Under the pieces are notes generated by a model that did not search any database, was not told the DNA's origin, and was given only the letters and a program-made list of their open reading frames with translations. A stretch of 64,000 nucleotides of DNA from Marsupella aquatica (Eukaryota > Plantae > Marchantiophyta), in the NCBI GenBank assembly GCA_973895155.1, contig OZ316892.1, positions 10,582,283 to 10,646,282 of the forward strand, written 5' to 3'. The translations under genes and the position numbers were made by a program. Shown one piece after another: positions 11,790 to 23,377 of this stretch; position 1 is the first letter of the stretch, and each line of letters opens with the position of its first letter.

Positions 11790-13800
11790 TGTAACTTGAA
11801 GACCACCAAATATTTAAAAATCCCACACCTAAAAGAAACCTACCCAAATGGGGGGTCAACAATGGAATCATACCAAAAGAAGATCAAGGAGTCAAGGGAG
11901 GATCAAAGAAAAGACTAACTAAACAACTAGCAGAATTTGCAAGGCTTTTGGTGAAGCTTCCCAGGCAGCCAAAGTCACCAAGCAAACAAGTGGCATGTCC
12001 CTGGGGCTTGCCTAAAGCTTGAGTTAGGCAACAAGAAATTTAGGGCACTCTTCACACAGCCTTGAAGACCTATAAAACACCTCACACATCTCACAAGACA
12101 AATCCTTACTCTTTCACATAGCCTTGAAGTCCCAAAACATTAAGAAAACTAACACAAACTCAAAACCGTTCGGAAGTGAGTCAATTCCATCATGACTGAT
12201 TGCAAGTTGGGAACAAAAACCACGAAATCAAAAATTCCACAAGCCCATTTGGGGGGGGGGGGGTTTGGTTTGGAACTGGAACCCACAAAAGCCCATGAGA
12301 AGGGAAGCCACAAAATAGCAGAACAAGGCCCTATCAGAGCACAAACCCAATTTTTGTTCAAAGCACTTAGCACTTCCATAAAATTTGTAAAAAACACAAT
12401 TATAGTTGATAACTATGGTTATAGTTCTAACCTTAGACCTAAGAGTAAATGCTTAACAATCTCCCCCTTGACTCTGGTCTAAGCTAGAGATGGTAATATT
12501 GCTAACCTACAACATGCTTCATCAGCGAGAAGTTCTAGACAAAATCCAAACTGGTTTCCTCTCTTTAACTAGAGCAAACCAAGACTGTAATACTGTTAAC
12601 CTACATGCTTCCTCAGCAAAAAGTTCTAGATGAAAACCAAACAAGTTTTGTCTCTTTAACTAGAGCAAACCAGGACTAAGACATAACCTAATACATAGGA
12701 ATGAATAAGAACATCTATCATTCAGTAATTATAACGAATGTGGTAGTAAACCACGGTTCACATGAACACAAGGCTACTGTACTTTGCGTAGCCGTCATGT
12801 ACTCCATTCCATCCTTACCACAGTCACGAAGGCTAAACTCTCACATCAGGATGCGGTAATCATGCAACGCTGACAGGGCCCACATTGTCATAAATTTTGT
12901 CAATCGATTGATCGCTCCAATCCATTGACCGTCGAAGGCAGAACTGGAACTGGAACCCACAAAAGCCCATGAGAAGGGAAGCCACAAAATAGCATAACAA
13001 GGCCCTATCAGAGCACAAACCCAATTTCTGAAGCACTTAGCACTTCCATACAGTTTGTAAAAAACACAATTATACTTGATAACTATGGTTATAGTTTTAA
13101 CTTTAGACCTAAGAGTAAATGCTTGATGATCTCCCCCTTGACTCTGGTGAGATGGTAATATTGCTAACCTACAATCATGCTTCATTAGTGGGAAGTTCTA
13201 GACAAAATTGAAACTGGTTTCCTCTCTTTAACTAGAGCAAACCAGGACTGTAATACTGTTAACCTACATGCTTCCTCAGCAAAATGTTCTAGATGAAAAC
13301 CAAACAGGTTTTGTCTCTTTAACTAGAGCAAACTAGGACTAAGACGTAACCTACTACATAGGAATGAACAAGAACATATATCATTCAGTAATTATAACAA
13401 ATGTTAAGAAAACCCTACTTGTGACACAATTGCAAAACCTACAACACCTCATGGTGTCTAGAAGAAATATCCAAAATTAATGAATCACTTTAATTGGTAA
13501 AGACATCAACCAAGTTGAGTTTATTGTCTAGCTCAAACAACTTATTAATTATGGTTTGCTTCATAAAATGGTGCCTGACTCAATGTGCTTCACTTTGTTG
13601 ACCATCACCTGGTTCACATCAAGGTGAAGTATACTTTGACTATCACAATGGAGTTTCACATTCCCCTGAGGCAATCTCATCTTAGGGATCCCCACAAGGA
13701 TCACTTTATCAATGAAACAAAATAGTTTTTTTCACTGTTTCTGTTGTTGCAACATGTTAATTTTTTCTTTTGTAGTAGACTGTGCTATGGATCACAACAA
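11790..13800 (-). mobile_element. Ty1/copia LTR retrotransposon 3' relic (RNase H end, PPT, LTR) with internal duplication
   Basis: The minus strand at ~13800-13490 translates SIAQSTTKE..VATTETVKKTI / LHCDSQSILHLDVNQVMVNKVKHIE / DNKLNLVDVFT, matching copia RNase H motifs. The polypurine tract AAGGGGGAGA (12460-12469, again at 13130-13139) is followed by TTGTTAAG, giving an LTR start at 12458. The left LTR boundary (~11790) is a guess. Confidence 0.7.
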
Positions 13801-15153
13801 AACTCTCTTTGCTCAAATGATACACATTACTAAGAGGGTCAATGTAGACATGCATTTATGAATTAGGTACTACAATGCATACATACGGAGTACACAAAGA
13901 TCAGTGCAACATACAATTCCATAAAGTACTTTCATGCACTTATTGTGTGGGATCAAAGAACACTAAGGTTTAGAGTACAAAAGTCCCATGCTTGTCTACA
14001 CATATTTAAGGAAGTCAGAGCATCTCCATGGGTTTACAGGGGAGGACAGAATCCAGAAAAGTAAAGGGTCAAAATGCAGGCCTGAATAAGCCTCCTTGAC
14101 CCAATGAAATCAATGTACACCCACACCAGTGCCCGCCATATGGCTGCCAAATACTAATAACTTGAGTTCAAACTCACATAGCACTAATTCAAACTTGTTT
14201 GGTTGCAAAACATTTATGGGATCCGTCAAACACAAAGCTTGTGACACTAAACACCAAGCTATGTGTACAATGCCAAGTACAATTGTGTAGAAAATGTGTA
14301 GAAAATGCAACCCATGCACATATATATGAAGTAGTGCTTAAATGATATCACATGCACTTATAACATAGTGCATATCACGGATAAGTGCAAGTTCACAGAG
14401 TTTTCTGGGAACGTTTTATTTGATCACTTAAATGCTTATAACAAGCTTATCATGGATAGGTGCAGGTTTGGGGCATCTTCTTGGGAGTCTTCACTTAGAC
14501 ATGTAAAGGGTGTCGATGGAGATTATATGGTTTGCAAGCTTAGTTCGTTGTGCTTCAATTTCTCAATGCCGTCCATATTCATTTTAGATTTCATGGCAAA
14601 TTTCAAAATTAACGTTGCTCAATTAGGACGCAAGCACATGCATGCAAACCTATTTAATTTCAATATAAAAGGCAGTTCACTGCCACCCGATGAGTGGTGG
14701 TAGCTCTCTTCAGAAACCACTCATCATTAACCTGCAACCTACTGTAGCCCATAACAATCCAATGCCTAAAACGTCCATGAAACATCTGGTTTGAGACACC
14801 CTATGTCTCATGCCTTTAGGTTCCTGTCCCCAGATTTGACACTTTGTTCTTCAGCATATATATATCAGCATCGTGCCATTTATCTTTCCCTCAGTGTTCC
14901 TTTCCTTCTTTCGCCCTTTCTCCTCTTTCTCCTCACAATTCCTTTCTTTCGTTTCCATTTGTTTTGGCTTCTTGGGCTGGTGGGGCCTCTTTGTTCCCTT
15001 TGGGATCCTTCCCTTTTTTCTTTTGGGATCCTGTCCAGGTTGGGAGTTTTTGTTATTTGAAACTCTATTATATATTTCCTTACGTACTGCAGCTGTCTCT
15101 TTGAATGAATTTCAATTGGATATTTAGAGGCAAAATATATTTACTTCTGTAGT

Positions 15154-15410
15154 ATGTTCTTCTCGTTCTCCTCCCGATTCCTTTGTTTCGTTAGCCTGTT
15201 TTTGTCTTTTCCCTGCGATACCTTTCCATATTTAGCCTGTTCTTCTCTTTCCCCTCGCGATTCCTTTCCATATTTAGTATGTTCTTCTCTTTCCCCTCGC
15301 GACTCCTTTCCATTTCTAGTCTGTTCTTCTCGTTCCCCTCGCGATTCCTTTGCTTCTTTCCTTCGTTCGACTGTTCTTCTGTTTCGCGATTCCTTTTCTT
15401 CTTTTCGCTG
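15154..15410. repeat. 42-bp pyrimidine-rich tandem repeat upstream of PDH-E1-alpha
   Basis: About 4-5 units of TGTTCTTCTCTTTCCCCTCGCGATTCCTTTCCATATTTAGCC. This explains the repetitive ORFs at 15141-15647 and 15154-15411. Confidence 0.85.
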
Positions 15411-15929
15411 AAAGGCAAACAGAAGAACAAACTCAACGAAGGGCCAAAGGCGGACGTTCCCAAGAGGAGCATCCCGTGATCGCGTCCTCGTCTCGCGACC
15501 TCCACCGCCTCGATCGATCGCTCGGTGGGGCGAGCGGGCCAGAGCGGAGCTGCAGGAGTGCTCGAGCAGCCCTGCTGGAAGACAAATCCATCCAACTTCC
15601 ACGACTTGTACTCGTGAATCGACGGAAATCTCCAGCATTGGTGGCAACTCCAGTCGCGTCAGGCAGGCCCCACCTGCGCAAGGTAGTGAAAGCTTCCGCT
15701 GGGGAGAGTGGCAGTCAGTCAGTGAGGCAGGCCTGAGGCTGGCGAGCTTGAATCCAATATAATGGTGAATTGACGGGAATTTGCTGCCATTGGTGGCAAG
15801 AGCAGTCGATAGCGCTCCTCCCGCGGAAGTGAAGTGCTTGTTGCTGTTGCTTCTGTGTGTTGTCGAGAGAGGGGGTGGGAGCCTGTTTAGGGTCGTTGTG
15901 ATTGAAATTCTTGGTCAGTGAGAGAGCTC

Positions 15930-18227
15930 ATGGCGACCATGGCGACGTGCGTGGCTACACCGGCTGTTATGAGCAGCTCTCCTGCGTTTTCTATGACGCG
16001 GGGAACGAGCTCGTCGAGAGCTGCGATGAATTGCGCGTTTCTAGGGCAGAAGGTGGAGGTATTGGCCTCCTCTTCTACTTCTTCTTCGTCGTCTTCGAGG
16101 GTTATGATGATGGCGAAGAAAGGGGCTCCAGGGGCTGCCGGTGTGAAGGTGATGGCGTCTGCGTCAGAGCTGGTTGCGGAGAAACCTAAAAGCAAGGCCG
16201 AGAATCTTGTAAGTCGCTTGCTCTTGGCTGTCCAATCTCTTGGTCTCTGCCGTTCCTTATATTGGTTCTTCAACAGAATGTGGGTTGCGGGCGGCACTTC
16301 TAATGGCCGCATTAGTGGCTCCACACACCTTCCTCATAAGATTCATGTAAATCTCCGTCTCTGTACCAGTTTCTCGGGGTACGTCATGAGTGTCTTTCCT
16401 TCAAATGAGCAGCACTTCTCGGACACCGTCCTTAACTGCGTTTGCCAAGTGGAAAATTCTTGGAAATCCCGTTGTATTTGTATTTAAAGGATCAGCACCT
16501 TACATAACTGATAAAAACCACTCTGTCATCTCTAGATTCATGTAAATGTCGTTGCCTCCTCTTGCTCATTCAGTGTATATGATGCTATTCAATCATTCCA
16601 ATTGTCCACTTCTCCTATCGCTGCCATAAGAACGTCTTTTTTAACATCTACTAAGGAATGCTCTGCATATTCTTGAGTTGCGCCACTGCTCTGCATCTTG
16701 TTGTAGTGAAGCACTCCTCTGCGCATTAAGGGGTTTAATGACTGGTAGTGGCGTTCATTTTTCTGCAAACTAGTTGGATTTACTACTGCTCTGCATGCTG
16801 CCGGGGGTTAATAATTGCTTCTGCATTTGTCACCGATTATTTCCGCTGTTCTGGATGCTCTCGAAATTTAAGTGGTACTGATTTCCCCTCTGCTGCAGCT
16901 CGTAACTCGGGAGGAGGCTATGGAAGTCTACGAGGATTTGATTCTGGGACGGACTTTCGAGGATATGTGTGCACAGATGTACTACAGGGGAAAGATGTTT
17001 GGGTTTGTCCATCTTTACAATGGGCAGGAGGCCGTGTCTACCGGTGTCATTAAGCTGTTGAGGAAAGACGACTTTGTGACCAGCACGTACAGAGATCACG
17101 TCCATGCAATTAGCAAGGGTGTTCCCGCCAAGCTTGTCATGGCTGAGCTGTTTGGCAAGTCTACAGGTCTCTGCAGAGGGCAGGGAGGGTCAATGCACAT
17201 GTTCTCCAAGGAGCACGGCCTCCTTGGAGGATTTGCCTTTATCGGTGAAGGCATCCCCGTTGCAACAGGTGCTGCCTTCACCACTAAGTACAGGCGTGAG
17301 GTGCTGAAGGACGAGAAGGCCGACAGTGTGTCTGTTGCCTTCTTTGGTGATGGTACTTGCAACAACGGTCAGTTCTTCGAGTGCCTTAACATGGCGTCTC
17401 TCTGGAAGCTGCCGATTATATTCGTGGTGGAGAACAACCTGTGGGCTATTGGAATGTCGCACGTTAGAGCTACTTCCGTTCCTGACATCCACACCAAAGG
17501 CCCGGCCTTTGGGATGCCCGGCATTCATGTGGATGGTATGGACGTTTTGAAGGTGAGAGAGGTCGCCAAAGAGGCCATTGCTAGAGCTCGAAGGGGAGAT
17601 GGGCCTACTCTCATCGAATGCGAAACTTACCGTTTCAGAGGGCACTCCCTTGCCGACCCCGACGAACTCCGCAATCCTGGTTTGTTCAACGACACTTTAC
17701 ATCTCCAAATCTCCTTACGTTGACTCTGTTACTGGCTATTGTAATTTTACCTCCTGGGAGTTACATTCTAGTGGCGGAGAGAATTGGCGGTTATTTGATA
17801 GTGGAAACGTTGTGGTCCTGAGTCGAAATCCATGCGAACGCAGACTTGTGTGTGTTACCCTCTTTTGTGGGCTCACCTGTGTGGTATCCTTGTTTGACTT
17901 TCGAAGTGCTTTCATTGGTTAACACCGTTGATTTCTGTGGTTTGTACAGCTGAGAAGGCTCACTACGCGGCTAGAGATCCAATCATCCAATTTAAGAAGT
18001 ATGTGCTCGACAACGGTCTGGCCACTGAGGCTGACTTGAAGGCAATTGACAACAAAATTGACGAGATTGTGGAAGAAGCCGTAGACTTTGCTGACGAGAG
18101 TCCTCTTCCGGTACGAAGCCAGCTGCTGGAGAATGTGTTCGCTGATCCCAGGGGATTTGGAATCGGACCTGACGGGAGATACAGATGCGAGGACCCTGGA
18201 TTCACTGCAGGAACAGCCCAGGTGTGA
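15930..18227 (+). CDS. pdhA: Plastid pyruvate dehydrogenase E1 alpha subunit, 445 aa, 3 exons (15930-16208, 16899-17679, 17950-18227)
   Basis: Ser-rich transit peptide [13 protein letters not shown] introns at CTT|GTAAGT..TGCAG|CTC and CCTG|GTTTGT..TACAG|CT keep the frame. Motifs include [28 protein letters not shown], the TPP-binding [31 protein letters not shown] and the plastid-type C-terminus [20 protein letters not shown]. Confidence 0.97.
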
Positions 18228-20282
18228 GTGGAAATGAGAAATATATCGGAATTCGTTGAAGAGACAAGAAAGGACAGGTCGGAATGAGAAGATTCCGTTG
18301 AGCGGGTGTCACTCGTTACTGGAAGTTTCTCTGGTAACATTTAAGCACCTTGTAGTCGCTCACATCCACTCTTAATGAAGAGAGAAAAGATCTCCGGAAT
18401 CATTTTTTTATGGTAGTCAATTGGCACAGATTGTCACAAGGTAGGGCTCCAGTTTGTCTGATCGCTTTAGCGCATTAGCATGGGAATAGGTGGGTGTGTC
18501 ATAGTCATGGTTTTTATTTCGAAGGCCCAAGGTTTCGAACAGGAAAATGTCAAAGTTGTTCCATCCATTTCAATGGGCATCCGTCTAGATTTGCCAGTTG
18601 GGCATACACGCGTTTGGGACCGAACAGCACCAGCCTCTGCATCGAACACGAGGCTGCTCCATTTCGATTATTTCTTGGCCGAGCAGTTATACACTGGCTG
18701 TACTAGCCGAGCAATGTTTCATTTGAGCCCAGCAGGAATTCCGGGGCCTTCACCTTAAATTATCACCGTCATTTTACCCGTTCGGCCCAGAATGCTTGAT
18801 TTCATGGCTGGAACAGAGTGTAGCAACCAGTGAAGGTTGGTCGGTGACAGTGGGTTTCCTTACACAGTTCGTTCAGCGGTCTTAATTATAAATTAAAATG
18901 AGGAATCTGGGACATCCAAGTGCTACTCGATTACAGCAAGCTTTGTATTTGATGTCTCCTGTTTGTCCGTTTTGAATTTGGCAATTTAGTTGGATTTAGT
19001 TCCGCAGTGGACATAAATCTTTTTAGGCCTTGAAGTATGGCTGGCTGGCAGCATAATTTGAGATCTAGTCCAGCTGGGTTAGTCTCAACTGAATGCAGCA
19101 AAGTCTCTTCTCCTCAAGACCACAGATGGACACCTAAGTAAATATATCCCCTCGGCATGTCTCGGTTTGTCCCCCAATATGCTATGAATTCGTCGCAGAA
19201 GAAAGAGCGCTACTGGCTTTCACCGAAAGGGATTCTGTTGATGTGTCGTATGCTACATAGCCGGTCTCGTGTTAGTCAAGGTAGACCTGGCCTGAGGCTG
19301 AGAGTGAGAGTTGATTTCACAGATCATTCAGCTATGGTTTGCTCGCTGCGGCTCGCTACGGTACTAGAATGATCCCAGAGATGAGAGATCGTTGTGTTTT
19401 GATTCTATGACGGTCGTCCACTGATGGAGGTGGGTTAAAGCTATAGATCTTGCCATGCAGCCGTGAAGTACAATGCACTGATTATATTAATTATATTACT
19501 GTCTTGTTTTCGTTCTTTTGGGGAGTGGCCAGCAACTGAGGTTAGATGTTTGACGCGGTTTTCCACTTGCGGGAGGTGGCATGATCAGGACTCTGTCCGT
19601 ACCCATGAAGGTCGTGCTCCCCCTGTTTGCCGGGCGAACCGCTTTATGACAAGGATGGTCATGCACAACCTGCAAAAGTGTGGCCGACGGTAGGTTTCGA
19701 GAATTTAATATGCATCCAAATGTCGACGTGTAGTGGATGAGTCTACGGAATTCCTGGCCCCTAACTCTAGGAGGACAAGCAACCTTCTCTGTGAGTACCA
19801 TAGAAGGCATTGAAGGAGCATGGTGTGGTGGGCAGGAAGTTAGTCTGTTGTCCTGAGACGACAGCATCCACTTCCAGGACTCAGGAAGGTGGGTCGTTGC
19901 GAATGTTCTGCATTTATGGCAGTCAACGAGATTTTCATTACAACACAATTCGGTGCCAGAGTTCAGGGGTGACCTCATAGAGACGGCAATGCATGCCGAG
20001 AAGCGGGTTAAGCAGACGAAACCAAAAAACGTGTCTTAATGGCAAACATGGCATAGAGAATGTCAACTGAAGGAATCAGAAAGGAATGTGTTAAAGAATT
20101 AAAATGTCAAACTGAAGGAACAGAAAGAGAAATTGTGAGGAAGTATAGGATTTCAGCGATCCCACTGAGAGTCATTGTGGTAATCTTCACGTGCCCACAC
20201 AAGTTTGGACAAAATTTTCATACCAAGGTAGAACTGATTGTAACTCAAAGATGTTCTCCTTACATTGTAAACTGCTGCAGTT

Positions 20283-20567
20283 TGATGTGTCCGCACCTTA
20301 AATCCGTATCTGACCCTAAACAAGAACATAAACCAAGACATGTCATGATGTGTCCGCACCTTAAATCTATATCTGACCCTAAACAAGAACATAAACCAAG
20401 ACATGTCATTTAAATCACTTGTACAACCAGAACATAAACAAGACACACGTCTTTCAAATCACTTGGTTTTCAAATCACTTGGTTTGTAGATTATAAACAT
20501 AATGTATTGGCTCATATTTTGGTGTACTTAGCGCAATAACTTGACACTTGATGTAGATTTAACATGC
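20283..20567. mobile_element. Small foldback/MITE-like element with a 63-bp tandem duplication at its left end
   Basis: TGATGTGTCCGCACCTTAAATC..CAAGAACATAAACCAAGACATGTCA x2 (20283-20408). Segment 20421-20567 aligns by eye over its length to the reverse complement of 53572-53695. Confidence 0.65.
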
Positions 20568-20599
20568 AATGTTGATGTGCAATTATCTGGAAGCTAGAG

Positions 20600-21035
20600 C
20601 CATTGCTAGGCTTGGAGGCAATAAAGTGTGCCTCTTAGTGTTGAGTCTTGTATAAAGCTGTGAGCCCCCTCGAGGTAGTTGTTTGAAATCCATGATACAC
20701 ACTCTATGTGGAGTTTTGCAGGGTCTAAGTAGGCTTGCCTCAAAGACACCCGTGGCACTTTGTGAAGCAAAATGAGAAGTAGAGGCCCATGAACCATGCA
20801 ATTTGGATGAATCTTGCTCACTGTACAATCTCGAGGACTGAAAAAAAGTGTGGGACTAGCGGACTAATGGAATCAAGGGTGTCTTGAAATTAGTTGCTTT
20901 TGGTACTAGTAATTTTCCCAAATGGGATCAGAATTGAGCAGAAAGCTCATTCAATGCTCTTTCTTACTAGCTAAATTGGGGTCTTGAGGCATCAAGTGGC
21001 GGAGAAATCCAACTTGAAATGATCATCCATTGTCA
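20600..21035 (-). mobile_element. Highly decayed copia reverse-transcriptase fragment
   Basis: Minus-strand peptides TMDDHFKLDFSAT*CLKT (cf. PLASHFKLS..QCPKT) and AYLDPAKLHIECVSWISNNYLEG (cf. FMSNPGKEHW.AVKWILRYLKG). Confidence 0.35.
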
Positions 21036-21099
21036 TTTATTACACGTTGATTTATATTTTAATTTTAATCTTTATTGTAAAACATACTATCTAGAAATT

Positions 21100-21587
21100 T
21101 TGAACATTTGAATGCAGGTCTATCCAAGCACATTAGCAAAACCTGAGGATGCACTCAAGGGATAGGTTCATCTTAAGAATCCTCAAAGGGACCTCAAGGG
21201 AAACAAATAAAAGAATGAGTCTCATGTTTGAGGAGCTCAACACAAGGAACACCGCAACTCGAGAGTTAGAACTTTTGTTTGCCTACTTGGTCCCCTTACC
21301 CATTGTGTGTTGAGTATTCATTTCTCCTAGTCTTGTGACTCTAGAGCTAACTCAGGTTAGGACTTAGCTTAGGTTAGCAGTGATGCATGCTGTATATAAC
21401 CAGGGCTGATGCTAGCCCCTAGTGGATCTTCAGTTCATTGTTGGGGTTGCGCAAGAGAGAAGTAAAGGTCTCTTGCTTTCCCGTGGATGTAACCTCAATC
21501 ATGAGGTGAACCACCTACTCGCTGTGTCGATTATTTTGTATGGTGTTCACATATGCATGGTGTCTCGGATAGAGATTATCCCCAACA
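21100..21587 (+). mobile_element. Probable copia solo/partial LTR
   Basis: Contains CCCGTGGATGTAACC...GGTGAACCAC..TGTGTC, a motif common in plant copia LTRs, and ends in CCCAACA at 21587. The left boundary is undefined. Confidence 0.45.
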
Positions 21588-22400
21588 TTGTGTTCACACA
21601 GGATAGATTTAAGTTAAAATTAACTAAAAAACAGTTAGAACTTTTAATTACTTTTATTTGTTTTAGACCTTTGTGAGTGCCATATGGGAACGGTCAGTCA
21701 AGGGACGTAAGTAACCCATTTTTTCCTCCATGACAAATGAACCTCAAAAACTCAATTGAAAGATTCTAACTTATGCCACCAGACTATGATATTTCAAGAA
21801 TCACTCCTTCCATTTGATGCTCCCATGGATTGTAGACAGAAACCGGTCAACAAGTATGGACAAATTAGTACTGTTCTTTGTGACAATGAGTGAATTGGGG
21901 TCCATCTGGATTTGCAAAATACATTATTCAGAGCATTCTAGCAAACCCAGAGTTTCATCCAAGCTTCTATTTCACGGCCTCTTAGAGACAAAAACCCTTG
22001 TCAAACAGAATTTAAAATTATATGCTTTTGGTATTTTTGATATTATACTCTTAACTTTAAATTAACGGAATTACAATTTTTTTTAAAAAAAGGCCAAATA
22101 AAGTATAAAAGAACAAACAAAAGAGTTCCAAAGCCAACAAAAACCAAACACCAAAGAAGTGAAACCCCTAAACAAGCAAGGACGAGTAATCAAAACTAAA
22201 TAATGCAAATGGACCCAGGTCTGATATTAACGATACATTTTTGCAGATTGGGAAGTGTTCCCTATGAAAGTGTGTACTTTCTTTCTGGAGAGATGAGAAC
22301 ATCTCGTGAAGCAGTTTCGCTCCAGCGATGACAAAACATGCAAGCATTTCTTCGCGTTTGCATCACGATAAGTAATGCAATCACGAAATCTAGTGCAAGT

Positions 22401-22472
22401 ACGACCGTAGTCCAACGGTTAGGATAATTGCCTTCCAAGCAATAGACCCGGGTTCAACTCCCGGCGGTCGTA
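22401..22472 (+). tRNA. trnG-UCC: tRNA-Gly, anticodon UCC, intronless, 72 nt
   Basis: Cloverleaf ACGACCG TA GTCC AACGGTTA GGAT A ATTGC CTTCCAA GCAAT AGAC CCGGG TTCAACT CCCGG CGGTCGT A. Anticodon TCC at 22434-22436. Intact A and B boxes, an upstream CAA and a downstream TTTT Pol III terminator at 22477-22480. Confidence 0.95.
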
Positions 22473-23377
22473 TTCCTTTTGCAATAGCTTGAGTTTTGTA
22501 TTCTGTGGTGGGTGGTCTCTGACTGCTTTATTTACTGCTGCTAACAACTCGTTGGATCCCAAGGAACCATTTTGCAACCTTCGCAATTTTTACAGCAGAC
22601 TCCCGTGAGACATGTGAAGATATGACCTCGTCGTCAGGTAGAGTGGCGAGGGCAGCATTGACTGAACCTATCCTGAAATGTTTACAATAATGGACGGTTT
22701 GCAGAACACAAGCTGGGTGGGGCATCGACATGAACGAAGGAGTTAACTAAGCAAATTGACCTTTAGAACATGTGCTTTCCTATTTCACGATGAAGACAGG
22801 CCTCACCCATCATGTCTATTCACAGAAAGAGCCAAAAATTTCTAAACTTTGAGCCCTCCACAGTGAGCTAGATGCAAAGCATGAGAAAACGGAGTTACAA
22901 TTTGCATCAAGTTCAAAAACCAGAAAGATGGAGGCGAGATAAACGACAATGGCATTGGGAGTCTCCTTCAAATTTAAAGTTGAACGACAGACAGCTGTAG
23001 GTGGTGAATAACGTTGTCAACGTCGACCCATCCATTTCAGTCGTTGCAAAAACTGTTCATTACACAGCTGTACGCATAGCATTACAGGAGTACAGATGTG
23101 TTGACGATAATGTGATCTGATCTTGATCTGATCGAGGAACATGTGTGCCATAATATCCAATTCAAGGGCCGAGCCACATCTGCACTGTCCAAGAGCTTGG
23201 TGTGCACCCAAGGTAATAGGAACGGAGAGGTAGGAGCAGGGTCAAGAGATATATCGTTGAAAGGTGTTGTATACCTTTTGCAACTTTCTTCCTTTGTCTC
23301 CATCTTCTATCCGTCCTACAATTTCAGCCATAACTCATTTCCCTTCATCCTGAGGGATAATTCTTAGTTGTCATCAA

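Noticed and set aside
15141-15647. 168-aa charged repetitive ORF on the minus strand
   Set aside because: It derives from the 42-bp tandem repeat and the GC-rich PDH promoter, and shows no family motifs.
19540-20010. Possible cytochrome P450 pseudogene (GMIRTL, NRFMTRMVM fragments)
   Set aside because: No heme-binding or ExxR motif was seen. The resemblance is too weak without a search.
20500-20567. Minus-strand peptide QVIALST suggesting copia RNase H
   Set aside because: The same bases align to the 53.6-kb foldback element, so the peptide match is probably coincidental.
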